NCBI GenBank assembly: GCA_964510655.1
Contig: CAZEAY010000001.1
Location: 99,302 to 163,301 of the forward strand
Reading direction: 5' to 3'
Length of the DNA stretch: 64,000 nucleotides
Origin: an uncultured Candidatus Saccharibacteria bacterium
GTDB lineage: Bacteria > Patescibacteriota > Minisyncoccia > Phycocordibacterales > XYD1-FULL-46-19
Positions 1-8,490 of the stretch are shown here, in pieces (positions within the stretch are counted from its first letter, which is position 1; each line of letters starts with the position of its first letter). A program made the position numbers and the translations under genes. Below the pieces are notes generated by a model. That model was not told the origin of the DNA. It saw only the letters and a program-made list of their open reading frames with translations, and ran no database searches.

Positions 1-234
1 TTGAAATATCTCCCTTCTAGGCGAGATTTGTTAGTAGCCAAAGACCCCGACCCATTTATCCAGGTTTTTAAAGATTCGGCTGTTGTTGCCCGGTCTTGGG
101 TAGACCCCGATAGTAATAAGACCAATGAAATATTTACTCAGTTGTCGGAAGGTGTTAAAACTGGTCAAGTTAAAATAACTGATGCAGTTAAGTCGGCCGA
201 TGCTAATATGTTACGTCTATTTAGGGTTTTCTAA
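1..234 (+). CDS. C-terminal fragment, probable extracellular solute-binding protein (partial, truncated by window start)
   Basis: Open frame from window edge; 'LPSRRDLL...F..SAVVARSW.DPD' resembles the C-terminus of sugar-binding lipoproteins; directly precedes the pilin cluster. Confidence 0.5.
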   Translation: MKYLPSRRDLLVAKDPDPFIQVFKDSAVVARSWVDPDSNKTNEIFTQLSEGVKTGQVKITDAVKSADANMLRLFRVF

Positions 235-241
235 GAAAAAA

Positions 242-652
242 ATGAGAAAGAAACAATTTTACTTTATTTTTTTTGGGGCAATAATTTTAAGTTTCTTTGT
301 TATGCATACTGTTTCGGCTGCCGGTTTGGTAAATTGCAAGACAGACCCTTGTTCCTGGAATGACTTATATACATTAATTAATGATGTTATTAAATTTTTG
401 ATTTTTACTTTAGGTTTACCACTAGTAACTGTGGTGATTGTTGTTTCCGGTATTGAACTTGTCCTTCATCCAAACAATTCCACTGCTCAGTCTGTCTGGA
501 GGGGACGTTTACGTACCGCTCTTTTGGGCCTAGTTATTATGTTGACCGCTTTTTTAATTGTGAAGGCAATTGTTTGGGGGCTGACCGGTGGAGAAAATAA
601 GGTTGATCCTTATGATTTAAGAACTATTTTACCAGATAAGACAAGACAATAA
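242..652 (+). CDS. TrbC/VirB2-like pilin
   Basis: Signal-like N-terminus, GLVNC..PC motif, two hydrophobic helices flanking a short loop; ATG at 242 preferred over 182, which overlaps the previous gene. Confidence 0.7.
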   Translation: MRKKQFYFIFFGAIILSFFVMHTVSAAGLVNCKTDPCSWNDLYTLINDVIKFLIFTLGLPLVTVVIVVSGIELVLHPNNSTAQSVWRGRLRTALLGLVIMLTAFLIVKAIVWGLTGGENKVDPYDLRTILPDKTRQ

Positions 653-656
653 ATAT

Positions 657-1076
657 ATGAAGGAGAAAATACTATCTAATCATGAGATTTTTGTTTATCG
701 AATTAGTTTTTTTGTTTTTAGTTTCTTCGCTCTTCTGGGTCAAGTTTTTGCTCAGGGTGGAGCATTGACTCCGGCTCCGCCCATTGAAAATCCTATTGCT
801 GCCAATGACTTTAAACAATTTTTAGCTATTGTTTTAAATATTATTATTCAAATTGGTACCCCGATTGTTATAATTGCTATTATCTTTGTAGGTTTTAAAT
901 TTGTAATGGCTCAGGGGAACGAAAGTAAATTGAAAGAGGCCAAGTCCGCTTTTTTCTGGGTGGTTATTGGTGCGGCTATAGTTATCGGCTGTAATGTTAT
1001 TGTGGCGATTATTGAAAGTACGGTCGAACAAATTACCCCAGCTACCACTAGTTTTCTTTTACAAACTTTCTGTTAG
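657..1076 (+). CDS. TrbC/VirB2-like pilin
   Basis: 'IENPI', 'IIFVGFKFVMAQGNESKLKEAK..FFWVVIG' typical CPR pilin pattern. Confidence 0.8.
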   Translation: MKEKILSNHEIFVYRISFFVFSFFALLGQVFAQGGALTPAPPIENPIAANDFKQFLAIVLNIIIQIGTPIVIIAIIFVGFKFVMAQGNESKLKEAKSAFFWVVIGAAIVIGCNVIVAIIESTVEQITPATTSFLLQTFC

Positions 1077-1095
1077 TCTATAATTTATTATATCT

Positions 1096-1464
1096 ATGTC
1101 TAAAAAAACGTCTCTTGTAAGGAATTTCTCATTATTATTGATAATAAGTTTATTTTTTTTCCCCAATTTGGTTCGAGCCTTGACCCTAGGGGAAATCTTT
1201 ACTAATTTGACTAAAACTTTACTCGTGCCAATTGGCGGTTTTTTAATCACTGGGACTTTCGTTGTTTTTCTGTGGGGTCTAGTGAAGTATATGTATAGTT
1301 TGGGGGAAAAGGAGAAAGTTGAGGGTCGGTGGCTTATGGTGTGGGGAGTGGTGGCTCTGTTTGTAATGGGCTCTGTTTGGGGTTTGGTTTGGGCGCTGAA
1401 TGATACTTTGGGAATTACTCCAGCGATGAACGCTGCACCTCAAGGTGGCATTGTCATTCCCTAA
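1096..1464 (+). CDS. TrbC/VirB2-like pilin
   Basis: 'FLWGLVKY...EKVEGRWLMVWGVVALFVMGSVWGLV' two-TM pilin pattern. Confidence 0.75.
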   Translation: MSKKTSLVRNFSLLLIISLFFFPNLVRALTLGEIFTNLTKTLLVPIGGFLITGTFVVFLWGLVKYMYSLGEKEKVEGRWLMVWGVVALFVMGSVWGLVWALNDTLGITPAMNAAPQGGIVIP

Positions 1465-1575
1465 AATTGTCCCCATTTATAGTTGCTTTTAGTGTTGTAA
1501 GTAACTATAATTGACTAAATAGAGTTTATATTATTAACCTTGTTTTGTTTATTAATTATTAATTAATATATTGAT

Positions 1576-1926
1576 ATGAAATTTGTAAAGTTCTCAATTG
1601 TTTCCGTGTCTTTGTTGCCAATATTAGCGTCGGCACAGGTTATTCAAAATTTTACTCAGGGGTTGTCAACACTGATAAATAGTATTGCTCCTCTGGCAAT
1701 GACTTTAGTCTTTATTGCCTTTTGTTGGGGATTAGTTAAATATATTTTATCAGCCGGTGATCCAGCTAAGGCTTCAACTGGAAAGAGTATCATGATCTAT
1801 GGTGCTATTGCTCTGATTGTGATGGGATCTATTTGGGGGATTATGGCAGCGATTCAGAGCGGCCTAGGAATTAGTGGTGATAGTGAAGCTCCCGGAACCG
1901 AAATTATCCCTGGTGCTGAAAATTAA
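1576..1926 (+). CDS. TrbC/VirB2-like pilin
   Basis: 'FCWGLVKYILSAGDPAKASTGKSIMIYGAIALIVMGSIWG', paralogue of the previous ORF. Confidence 0.75.
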   Translation: MKFVKFSIVSVSLLPILASAQVIQNFTQGLSTLINSIAPLAMTLVFIAFCWGLVKYILSAGDPAKASTGKSIMIYGAIALIVMGSIWGIMAAIQSGLGISGDSEAPGTEIIPGAEN

Positions 1927-2171
1927 TGAATATACCCGTCTTAAATAATATAAAACTACTAATTCTAAAGCCTTTTACTGCTTTTTTGCTAGCTTTGGCA
2001 GTGGTATATTTTATCTACGGGTTATATAGATTTTTGGCTAATTATGATAATCCCTCTGAACGTTCGGCTGGAAAATCACATATGATTTGGGGGATAGTTG
2101 GCATTACTATAATGGCTTCAGTCTATGGGGTGATAGATATTATTAGGGGTACGATAGAAGCCTTAAAATAA
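1926..2171 (+). CDS. short pilin-like membrane protein
   Basis: 'FIYGLYRFLANYDNPSERSAGKSHMIWGIVG' same family; 1-nt TAATG overlap with previous gene. Confidence 0.7.
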   Translation: MNIPVLNNIKLLILKPFTAFLLALAVVYFIYGLYRFLANYDNPSERSAGKSHMIWGIVGITIMASVYGVIDIIRGTIEALK

Positions 2172-2190
2172 TTCAGCTTAACAAGTTATC

Positions 2191-2226
2191 AACAAAACAA
2201 GAGACAGAAAAGTCTCTTGTTTTGTT
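2191..2226. terminator. bidirectional rho-independent terminator
   Basis: 15-bp inverted repeat AACAAAACAAGAGAC/GTCTCTTGTTTTGTT with T tract, between convergent genes. Confidence 0.75.
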
Positions 2227-2290
2227 TTTTTATAAAAAAAGAGCGGAGACTCCTGTTGGGGAATTCCGCTCTCGAATGAAATACATGGCT

Positions 2291-2863
2291 CTATTTCCAA
2301 ACAATTTCCACCTTTATCGGTCCGTCCTCCGCCGTTCGAAAGAACAGTGATTGGGGAATGTTTTTGATGGGCCAAGTGTCATCCTCGTGACCATAGCCAC
2401 ATTCATGAACATTACCATCGGGTGTGCGAATTTTATACTTCGCTGTGTGGGGGGTTACATTAGCAACCCACCTTGTTCCATTGAAGTTTATGTCTTTTGC
2501 AACCCACCCATCTTCCTTGGTTAGGGTGATGGTGGTTGGTGAGGCAGAAACCGTCGCTTTGTCTGCGGATTCTGCCACTTTCTCTGATTTTGGTGACCAA
2601 TCCACACACAAGACTACCAGTGGCGGGACCCATATCCAGAGGAAGAGGAATATCGCAACCCATTTCCACCATGGTACTTCTGATTTTTTGGCGGTGGGTT
2701 TCTCTTTGGGTTTATCCTCAGGAGTTGTGGTAGGTGGTTTTGACGGTGTTGTTGGTTTCAGATTCTGTCTTTTGCGAAACTGAACTACGAAACCAAGCAC
2801 GACAGATCCGACCAGCAGAAGTAGAGTCAGCGATATGATTCCGGTGATGACCATCTTCATCAT
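2291..2863 (-). CDS. hypothetical membrane protein (2 TM, Pro/Thr/Lys-rich linker)
   Basis: 190-aa ORF coupled by ATGA overlap to the SPFH gene; hairpin terminator at about 2234-2271. Confidence 0.7.
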   Translation of the reverse strand: MMKMVITGIISLTLLLLVGSVVLGFVVQFRKRQNLKPTTPSKPPTTTPEDKPKEKPTAKKSEVPWWKWVAIFLFLWIWVPPLVVLCVDWSPKSEKVAESADKATVSASPTTITLTKEDGWVAKDINFNGTRWVANVTPHTAKYKIRTPDGNVHECGYGHEDDTWPIKNIPQSLFFRTAEDGPIKVEIVWK

Positions 2864-3897
2864 TTCTTGTTTACTCCTTTCAGAAGGTTGTTTACGACCT
2901 CGAGTGGTTCACTGCCAATCACCACAGTTCTGCTGTTTTTGGCCATCTGCTCCGCAATACCAGCTGCTACCAGGAGTTTTCCTTCCTCTTGTTGTTCTCT
3001 GAGAGCTTTTGCTTTTGTTTCAAGAGCCTGTGCCTCAGCCAGAGCTTTGATTGTGATGGCATTGGCTTCGCCCGTAGCCTCAGTCTTTGTGGCTTCTGCT
3101 TTGGCTTCAGCTGTAGCTTTAAGGGCTTCACCCTGACGAATAGCTTCGGTTCTTTTGAGAGTTAGTTCCCGGTATTTGGAATCGGGATCAATTCCCTGGA
3201 TAGAGGTTTTCACAATCTTGACACCGTAGGACTCTCTCATGATCGTGACGATCTCGTTTTCGATCAATTGTACACAGGCGTTTGCTCCCAACGCCTTATC
3301 TGCGGTAATCTCTTCAAAGGTTTTTTCTCCAGCGTATTTGATTACTGCTTGCTGGACCATGGCAGTCATTTGTCTAACCCAATCATGGGCAACAAAGGCT
3401 GCTTTATAGGGATTGATCACTCTTGCGGTGATGACAAACGCAAAGTCAAATGGGATGAGATCCTTCGTCTCTACCCCCATCGCTTTTACGAAGTAGGGAT
3501 ATTCCGCCAAATAGACTTGGCGTAATATTTGTGTCTCTGGGACAGCTTGATAGTCCTTGCCGTCAATCATTTTCCAAGCCACCCAGCTCTGCTCCCAGGT
3601 GTGAATTTTCGTGATAAATGGAATGCCGATGTAGTGGACGCCTAACCATCTCTGTAATAGGCTATCTTTCGGATCATCATTCCTTTTGTCCACGATATCT
3701 CCGTTCTCTTCTACCTTCGACCCCTTTTTTGCCAACAAGGTCTTGAGGTATTGGTCACCCTTCAAGACAATCACTGCGTAGTTTTCTTGGATCGTTATCC
3801 AAATGAAAACCGCTTTGGCTGCAACCAGGATAAATACCAAGGTCGCCACGAGAAGGAGTATGGTTCCTCCTGTCAAAACCATCAGCTCTGTAAACAT
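2860..3897 (-). CDS. SPFH/band-7 (stomatin/HflK-like) protein
   Basis: N-terminal TM, 'VETKDLIP...VINPYKAAF', 'YGVKIVKTSIQGIDP', Ala/Glu-rich coiled coil (AEAKAEA...). Confidence 0.8.
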   Translation of the reverse strand: MFTELMVLTGGTILLLVATLVFILVAAKAVFIWITIQENYAVIVLKGDQYLKTLLAKKGSKVEENGDIVDKRNDDPKDSLLQRWLGVHYIGIPFITKIHTWEQSWVAWKMIDGKDYQAVPETQILRQVYLAEYPYFVKAMGVETKDLIPFDFAFVITARVINPYKAAFVAHDWVRQMTAMVQQAVIKYAGEKTFEEITADKALGANACVQLIENEIVTIMRESYGVKIVKTSIQGIDPDSKYRELTLKRTEAIRQGEALKATAEAKAEATKTEATGEANAITIKALAEAQALETKAKALREQQEEGKLLVAAGIAEQMAKNSRTVVIGSEPLEVVNNLLKGVNKK

Positions 3898-4086
3898 TTC
3901 ACTGCCTCTTTTCTATGTTTCGAAAAATTGTTTGTAGCCATGTCAAGGAACGGCTAACTTTATCTTCTATCCTCTATTATATCACCAATCAATGTAAAAG
4001 TCAAGGGTGGGGGAGGCGGGAAAATGGCTCTATTTAGCCATTTTATCTTTGATTTGATTTGAAAATATGTTAAGATTTCGATAATT

Positions 4087-5163
4087 ATGGTCAAAAATTA
4101 TCTTAGTAAAATTGCCATTGTTTTGGTTTATGTCTTTGCGGCCATTGGTTTTTTGCTTACCGCTGGTTTTTTTGCGGTTAAATTTCATTTAACCGACTCG
4201 TTGGGACAAATTGATTTGAATGATCGCTATTTTTCTCAATCAGCTTCGATAATTAAGAGTTTGGTCGCTAGTCCTGATCGTTCTAGTGCTCTATTGGTAA
4301 ATCTTTGTCGGGCCCAAGTAGTAAAAAAAATCTATCCGGAAAATGGTGGTAAGATTTTGACCGCTTATGATCGCACACATTCTGATTTGGTCTTGGCTCA
4401 AATGTTGGCGGCGGCGGAAATGTATTTGGTTGGTAATCTTGATTATCAGACGGGAATCAAAAAATGTGAAAACTCAACTGATAATTTTTCTGTAAATAAC
4501 ATAAAAACTGATGCCAATTTGTACGCTTGGATAAATACTCCAGAGTGGCAAACCCTCAAAGAGGGTTTAGCTAAGGACAAGGAGGTGATTAATCAGGTGG
4601 CGGTTAGGACGGGGGTACCAGCTCGTCTAATTGTTTCTCAGGTGGTTGGGGAGCAGTTGAGATTGTTTCATAGTGAAAGGGAAGTCTATAAACAATTTTT
4701 CCAACCATTGAAGATCTTGGGTAACGAAATAAAATTCTCCTTGGGGGTGGCGGGCGTAAAAGAAGAGACCGCGATTCAAATTGAGAAAAATTTAGTGGAC
4801 CGAAGTTCTCCTTATTATTTAGGCACAGAATTTGAAAATATGCTCAGCTTTCAAACGTCTAATTATGATGAGGAAAGATTTAATCGTTTGACTGACTCCA
4901 AAGACCACACTTATTCTTATCTTTATACCGCTCTATTTTTGCGACAAATTGAGGCGCAGTGGAAAAAAGCCGGTTTTGATATTTCTGATCGGCCAGAGAT
5001 TTTGGCTACTATTTTTAATGTTGGTTTTGCTAAATCTTTACCTAAAGAAAATCCCCAAGTGGGAGGATCGGAGATTGTCATTAACGGGAAAACCTATACC
5101 TTTGGAGCGTTGGCTTATGAGTTTTATTTTTCAGGAGAGATGTTAGATGAATTTGGGTATTAA
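4087..5163 (+). CDS. membrane-anchored hypothetical protein, possible lysozyme-like C-terminal domain
   Basis: 358-aa ORF with N-terminal TM; 'VGEQLR', 'SLGVAGVK', 'TIFNVG' resemble lysozyme/SLT superfamily motifs (inference). Confidence 0.6.
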   Translation: MVKNYLSKIAIVLVYVFAAIGFLLTAGFFAVKFHLTDSLGQIDLNDRYFSQSASIIKSLVASPDRSSALLVNLCRAQVVKKIYPENGGKILTAYDRTHSDLVLAQMLAAAEMYLVGNLDYQTGIKKCENSTDNFSVNNIKTDANLYAWINTPEWQTLKEGLAKDKEVINQVAVRTGVPARLIVSQVVGEQLRLFHSEREVYKQFFQPLKILGNEIKFSLGVAGVKEETAIQIEKNLVDRSSPYYLGTEFENMLSFQTSNYDEERFNRLTDSKDHTYSYLYTALFLRQIEAQWKKAGFDISDRPEILATIFNVGFAKSLPKENPQVGGSEIVINGKTYTFGALAYEFYFSGEMLDEFGY

Positions 5164-5204
5164 ATAAAACGGCTAGAGTTGTTTTATTAAACAGGTTTTT
5201 TCTG

Positions 5205-5286
5205 TGCCGAGGAGAGGACTTGAACCTCCATGGATTACTCCACCAGTTCCTAAGACTGGCGCGGCTACCAATTACGCCACCTCGGC
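5205..5286 (-). tRNA. tRNA-Leu(TAG)
   Basis: Acceptor GCCGAGG/CCTCGGC, anticodon arm CCAGT-CTTAGGA-ACTGG, long variable arm, GTTCAA T-loop. Confidence 0.95.
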
Positions 5287-5415
5287 AATACCGCCTATCT
5301 TAGCAAATAATCTAATAAAAACCAACCTCGTTTATTTGCTACTAGTGGTAAAATTTGTTAAGATTTTCTTTGTATTAACCCTAAACTTATAAAAGGTGGT
5401 TGGGTGAATGTTTTA

Positions 5416-5488
5416 GCCTCGTTAGCTCAGCTGGTAGAGCAGCTCCCTCTTAAGGAGACGGTCGGGGGTTCGATCCCCTCACGAGGCA
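5416..5488 (+). tRNA. tRNA-Lys(CTT)
   Basis: GCCTCGT/ACGAGGC acceptor, D-arm GCTCAGCTGGTAGAGC, loop CTCTTAA, GTTCGA. Confidence 0.95.
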
Positions 5489-5500
5489 CAGATGGTTTGG

Positions 5501-5667
5501 GGTGGAGTCTTCCGCTACGCGGACAGTATAGCTTTCCCATTTACTCAGATGACTACATCTTCGTAAATAAGGGAGAAGCTTTTCGACTCCCACACGTAAG
5601 CAAATAAATTTGCTTACTCTCGGGCACAAATAAAAAATCTGCATCAATAATGCAGATTTTTTATTTG
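5501..5667 (-). mobile_element. structured element 3' of tRNA-Leu(TAA) with antisense copy of the tRNA 3' end
   Basis: 26-bp perfect IR 5619-5644/5650-5675 including the acceptor strand; 12-bp IR 5582-5593/5676-5687 against the T-arm; internal hairpins; ends GCGGAA-GACTCCACC (imperfect repeat of tRNA GACTCCCACC). Confidence 0.6.
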
Positions 5668-5749
5668 TGCCCGAGGTGGGAGTCGAACCCACATCCCTTG
5701 CGAGACACGATTTTAAGTCGTGCGCGTATACCAATTCCGCCACTCGGGC
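5668..5749 (-). tRNA. tRNA-Leu(TAA)
   Basis: GCCCGAG/CTCGGGC acceptor, CACGA-CTTAAAA-TCGTG anticodon arm, long variable arm. Confidence 0.95.
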
Positions 5750-5778
5750 CTATTATTTTTTTACACATTCTAAAGAGC

Positions 5779-5853
5779 TGGAGGCACGGGCGGGAATTGA
5801 ACCCGCGCATGGCGGTTTTGCAGACCGCAGCGTTACCACTTCGCCACCGTGCC
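5779..5853 (-). tRNA. tRNA-Cys(GCA), CCA encoded
   Basis: GGCACGG/CCGTGCC acceptor, U73 discriminator, GCGGT-CTGCAAA-ACCGC. Confidence 0.95.
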
Positions 5854-5902
5854 TAATCCTGTATAATTTGCCTAGCTAAAAACAAGATTAAACATGGTTA
5901 TC

Positions 5903-6229
5903 TTAACCTTTTTTTAACAATTCATCAATTTTTTGTCGATGTTTTTCTCCTAAATCTAATTCGATATCAATAAAGGGTAGGAGACCAATTTTTGTCTTTT
6001 TTCTTAAAAATTCTCGGATTTCACTCCGTTGTCTCTTGGCAAAGTTTAAAGCCTCGGCCTCTTTATCATCTGGTAAGACAGTAATATAGATAGTCGCCCT
6101 TTTAAAGTCGTCAGAAACAAGGCAGTTTGTAACGGTAATCATCGATGATCCATTGCTGTGGTAGTTTAAATATTCAGCCACAACTGGAACAATAATTGAA
6201 ACCATTTTTTCTTGATGATGAGGTCGCAT
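5903..6229 (-). CDS. rbfA: ribosome-binding factor A
   Basis: 'ITVTNCLVSDDFKRATIYIT...LP.IDIELD.G' KH-like RbfA pattern, downstream of infB. Confidence 0.85.
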   Translation of the reverse strand: MRPHHQEKMVSIIVPVVAEYLNYHSNGSSMITVTNCLVSDDFKRATIYITVLPDDKEAEALNFAKRQRSEIREFLRKKTKIGLLPFIDIELDLGEKHRQKIDELLKKG

Positions 6230-6235
6230 ATGGTT

Positions 6236-7750
6236 TTATTTTTGTGTTATCTCAATGGCATCAATGTAGTCACCCGGACTAATCATTAATTTTGTCTCGA
6301 TTTCGGTGCCAAATTGAGTTCCTTCTTCAACTGTACTCGTTTTAATTTTCTGTTCTTGCAGATCGGTAATTTTACCGCGACCAATTTCTACATCGCGACG
6401 CAAGATGATTACTTCAGCGCCTTTAGTAATTCGTCCCTTAATCACTTGTCCTCCGACGATTTGTTTAACCTTATTTTGAGCAAAAACTTTTAGAATTTTT
6501 GCGCGACCAATCGATTCCTCCACTCGTTCTTTTGGTGTTCGGTTTCTTATTTCCCCTTCTAACCATTCTGATAGTTTATAAATAATATCAAATTGCATTA
6601 TTTTAAAACCAAATTTTTCGGCTTGATCCTGGGCAGAGTGGTCTACTTTTACATGAAAACCAAGAATAATAGAGTTTGGAGAACTGCTAGCAATTTTAGC
6701 ATCAGTTTCGGAAATGGTTCCTACTCCGGTTTGGACGATATCAAGAGAAATTTTGTCAGATTTTATTTTGGCCACCTCTTTCATAACGGCCTCTAATGAA
6801 CCATAGACGTCAGTTTTTATGATGATGGGGACATGGATAGCAGAAGAATTCTCTTCAAAAAAATTGCGACAGGTGGTTGATAGGATGCCCGCCTTTTGTT
6901 TTTCTAGATAATTTTCCAAGCTCTTTTTATCATTAAATGTTTGGAAACAGCGACCGACTTCAGGAATACTAGAAAAACCAAAAACACGAACAGGGGAGGA
7001 AAATGTTGCTTCCTTTAGTGTTTTACCTTTAAAATCTTCAATTTTTTTAATCTTGGCCGATTGATCGCCAATGGCCACTAGGTCGCCAGTGTAGAGGGTG
7101 CCATTTTTAATAATTAGATTCACTGTAACGCCGATTTTAGGATCAAGGTTGGCTTCTAAGACCAATCCTTCGGCTGGAATGTGTCCGTCGCCTTTTAGTT
7201 CTTCTACTTCGGCAACCAACAGCATCATATCCAACAAATCAGATACTCCTTCTCCTGATTTGGCTGAAATGGCTACCACTGGAACGGAACCGCCATAACC
7301 TTCGACAAAAATTCCCGCTTCAGATAATTGCAGTTTTGTTCGCTCGATATTAGCATTTGGTCGATCAATTTTGTTGATGGCGACGATAAAAGGCGTTTTA
7401 GTAGCTTCGATGGATTGAAAAGCTTCGATCGTTTGGTCTTTTACCCCCTCCTCGGCTGAGACAATTAAGACGGCAATGTCAGCGATACTAGCTCCTCTTT
7501 CTCGGACGCCAGAAAAAGCCGAGTGACCGGGGGTATCGAGAAAAGTTATTTTTTTACTGTTACCATCTTTGTCTTCGTGGACAACCTCATAGGCGCTGAT
7601 GTGTTGAGTGATGCCGCCCGCTTCTTTGTCTACAACATTTGTTTTTCTGATGTAATCAAGAAGGGTCGATTTGCCGTGATCAATGTGGCCCATAATGGCA
7701 ATAACCGGTGGTCTCTCAGTATTTAAATTTTCTTTAAGATTAGATGACAT
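6236..7750 (-). CDS. infB: translation initiation factor IF-2 (short, no N-terminal extension)
   Basis: RPPVIAIMGHIDHGKST, GGITQHI, DTPGH, NKID. Confidence 0.97.
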   Translation of the reverse strand: MSSNLKENLNTERPPVIAIMGHIDHGKSTLLDYIRKTNVVDKEAGGITQHISAYEVVHEDKDGNSKKITFLDTPGHSAFSGVRERGASIADIAVLIVSAEEGVKDQTIEAFQSIEATKTPFIVAINKIDRPNANIERTKLQLSEAGIFVEGYGGSVPVVAISAKSGEGVSDLLDMMLLVAEVEELKGDGHIPAEGLVLEANLDPKIGVTVNLIIKNGTLYTGDLVAIGDQSAKIKKIEDFKGKTLKEATFSSPVRVFGFSSIPEVGRCFQTFNDKKSLENYLEKQKAGILSTTCRNFFEENSSAIHVPIIIKTDVYGSLEAVMKEVAKIKSDKISLDIVQTGVGTISETDAKIASSSPNSIILGFHVKVDHSAQDQAEKFGFKIMQFDIIYKLSEWLEGEIRNRTPKERVEESIGRAKILKVFAQNKVKQIVGGQVIKGRITKGAEVIILRRDVEIGRGKITDLQEQKIKTSTVEEGTQFGTEIETKLMISPGDYIDAIEITQK

Positions 7751-7904
7751 TACGGCTAAATATACCTTATTTTTAAAGGTTTGTCCACGATGGAGTAAAG
7801 TTAAAAGTTAAGAGACAAAGAGAAAAAGTTAAAGTGAAAATTAACGAGTGTAAAACTTTAGACTTTAAAATCTAAAGTTTGCCTTTAGAGTTATCCTTTC
7901 TTAA

Positions 7905-8363
7905 CTACTTTGCTTTTTCAAGGGCCTCTTTTTCTTCTTCCGAGAGTTCAAATTCCGATTGATATTTTACAATTGGTTTGGCGTAGACACTTACTTTATC
8001 TCGTGAATATAAGCTGGAAATTATTACCCCATTACCATTTTCATCCAGGAAACAGGTGGCAAAACTTTGATTGCCACCCTGGTCTTTGAAGGGGTTGAAT
8101 CTAATAGTCTTAACTTTCTGAATGCTTTGGCGTAGTCGCCCGTCCATTTTGATAATATAATTTTCCATTTCTTCGGAGCGGGAATCTAGATTTTCCATTC
8201 CTTTTGTTAGGGTTTCAATGGTGTCTTCTAAATTTTCTCCTTTTTTGCCAAGCAAGACTTTACGAAAACGAGCATTTAGGCGAAAAATTTCGGCCGTAAG
8301 TAAGCCAATAACCACGATTAATGAATAAATAATAATATTATCGATACTTAAATCTATTGGCAT
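7905..8363 (-). CDS. DUF4446-like protein
   Basis: N-terminal TM, coiled coil, 'RFNPFKDQGGNQSF..LDE.GNGVIISSLYSR..VYAKP'. Confidence 0.75.
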   Translation of the reverse strand: MPIDLSIDNIIIYSLIVVIGLLTAEIFRLNARFRKVLLGKKGENLEDTIETLTKGMENLDSRSEEMENYIIKMDGRLRQSIQKVKTIRFNPFKDQGGNQSFATCFLDENGNGVIISSLYSRDKVSVYAKPIVKYQSEFELSEEEKEALEKAK

Positions 8364-8490
8364 GATTTTTGAAAATTAATGTCTAGAAGATTATTCTCAG
8401 TATAACTTTTAAACAAAACTAAGGCAATTTAATTAGTTTTATTTGTTACCATTGTGGTAGATGGACTACCTTTCATTTTTATGTCAAAAT

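Noticed and set aside
5204-5879. ORFs 5204-5392, 5404-5607, 5450-5743, 5650-5856 and 5667-5879
   Set aside because: They overlap tRNA genes and the structured element; shadow frames. The same applies to ORFs over the tRNAs at 14003-14386, 19653-19913 and 46229-46553.
6236-7750. Short IF-2 as a truncation or pseudogene
   Set aside because: GTPase and C-terminal domains are intact; lack of the N-terminal extension is usual in reduced genomes.
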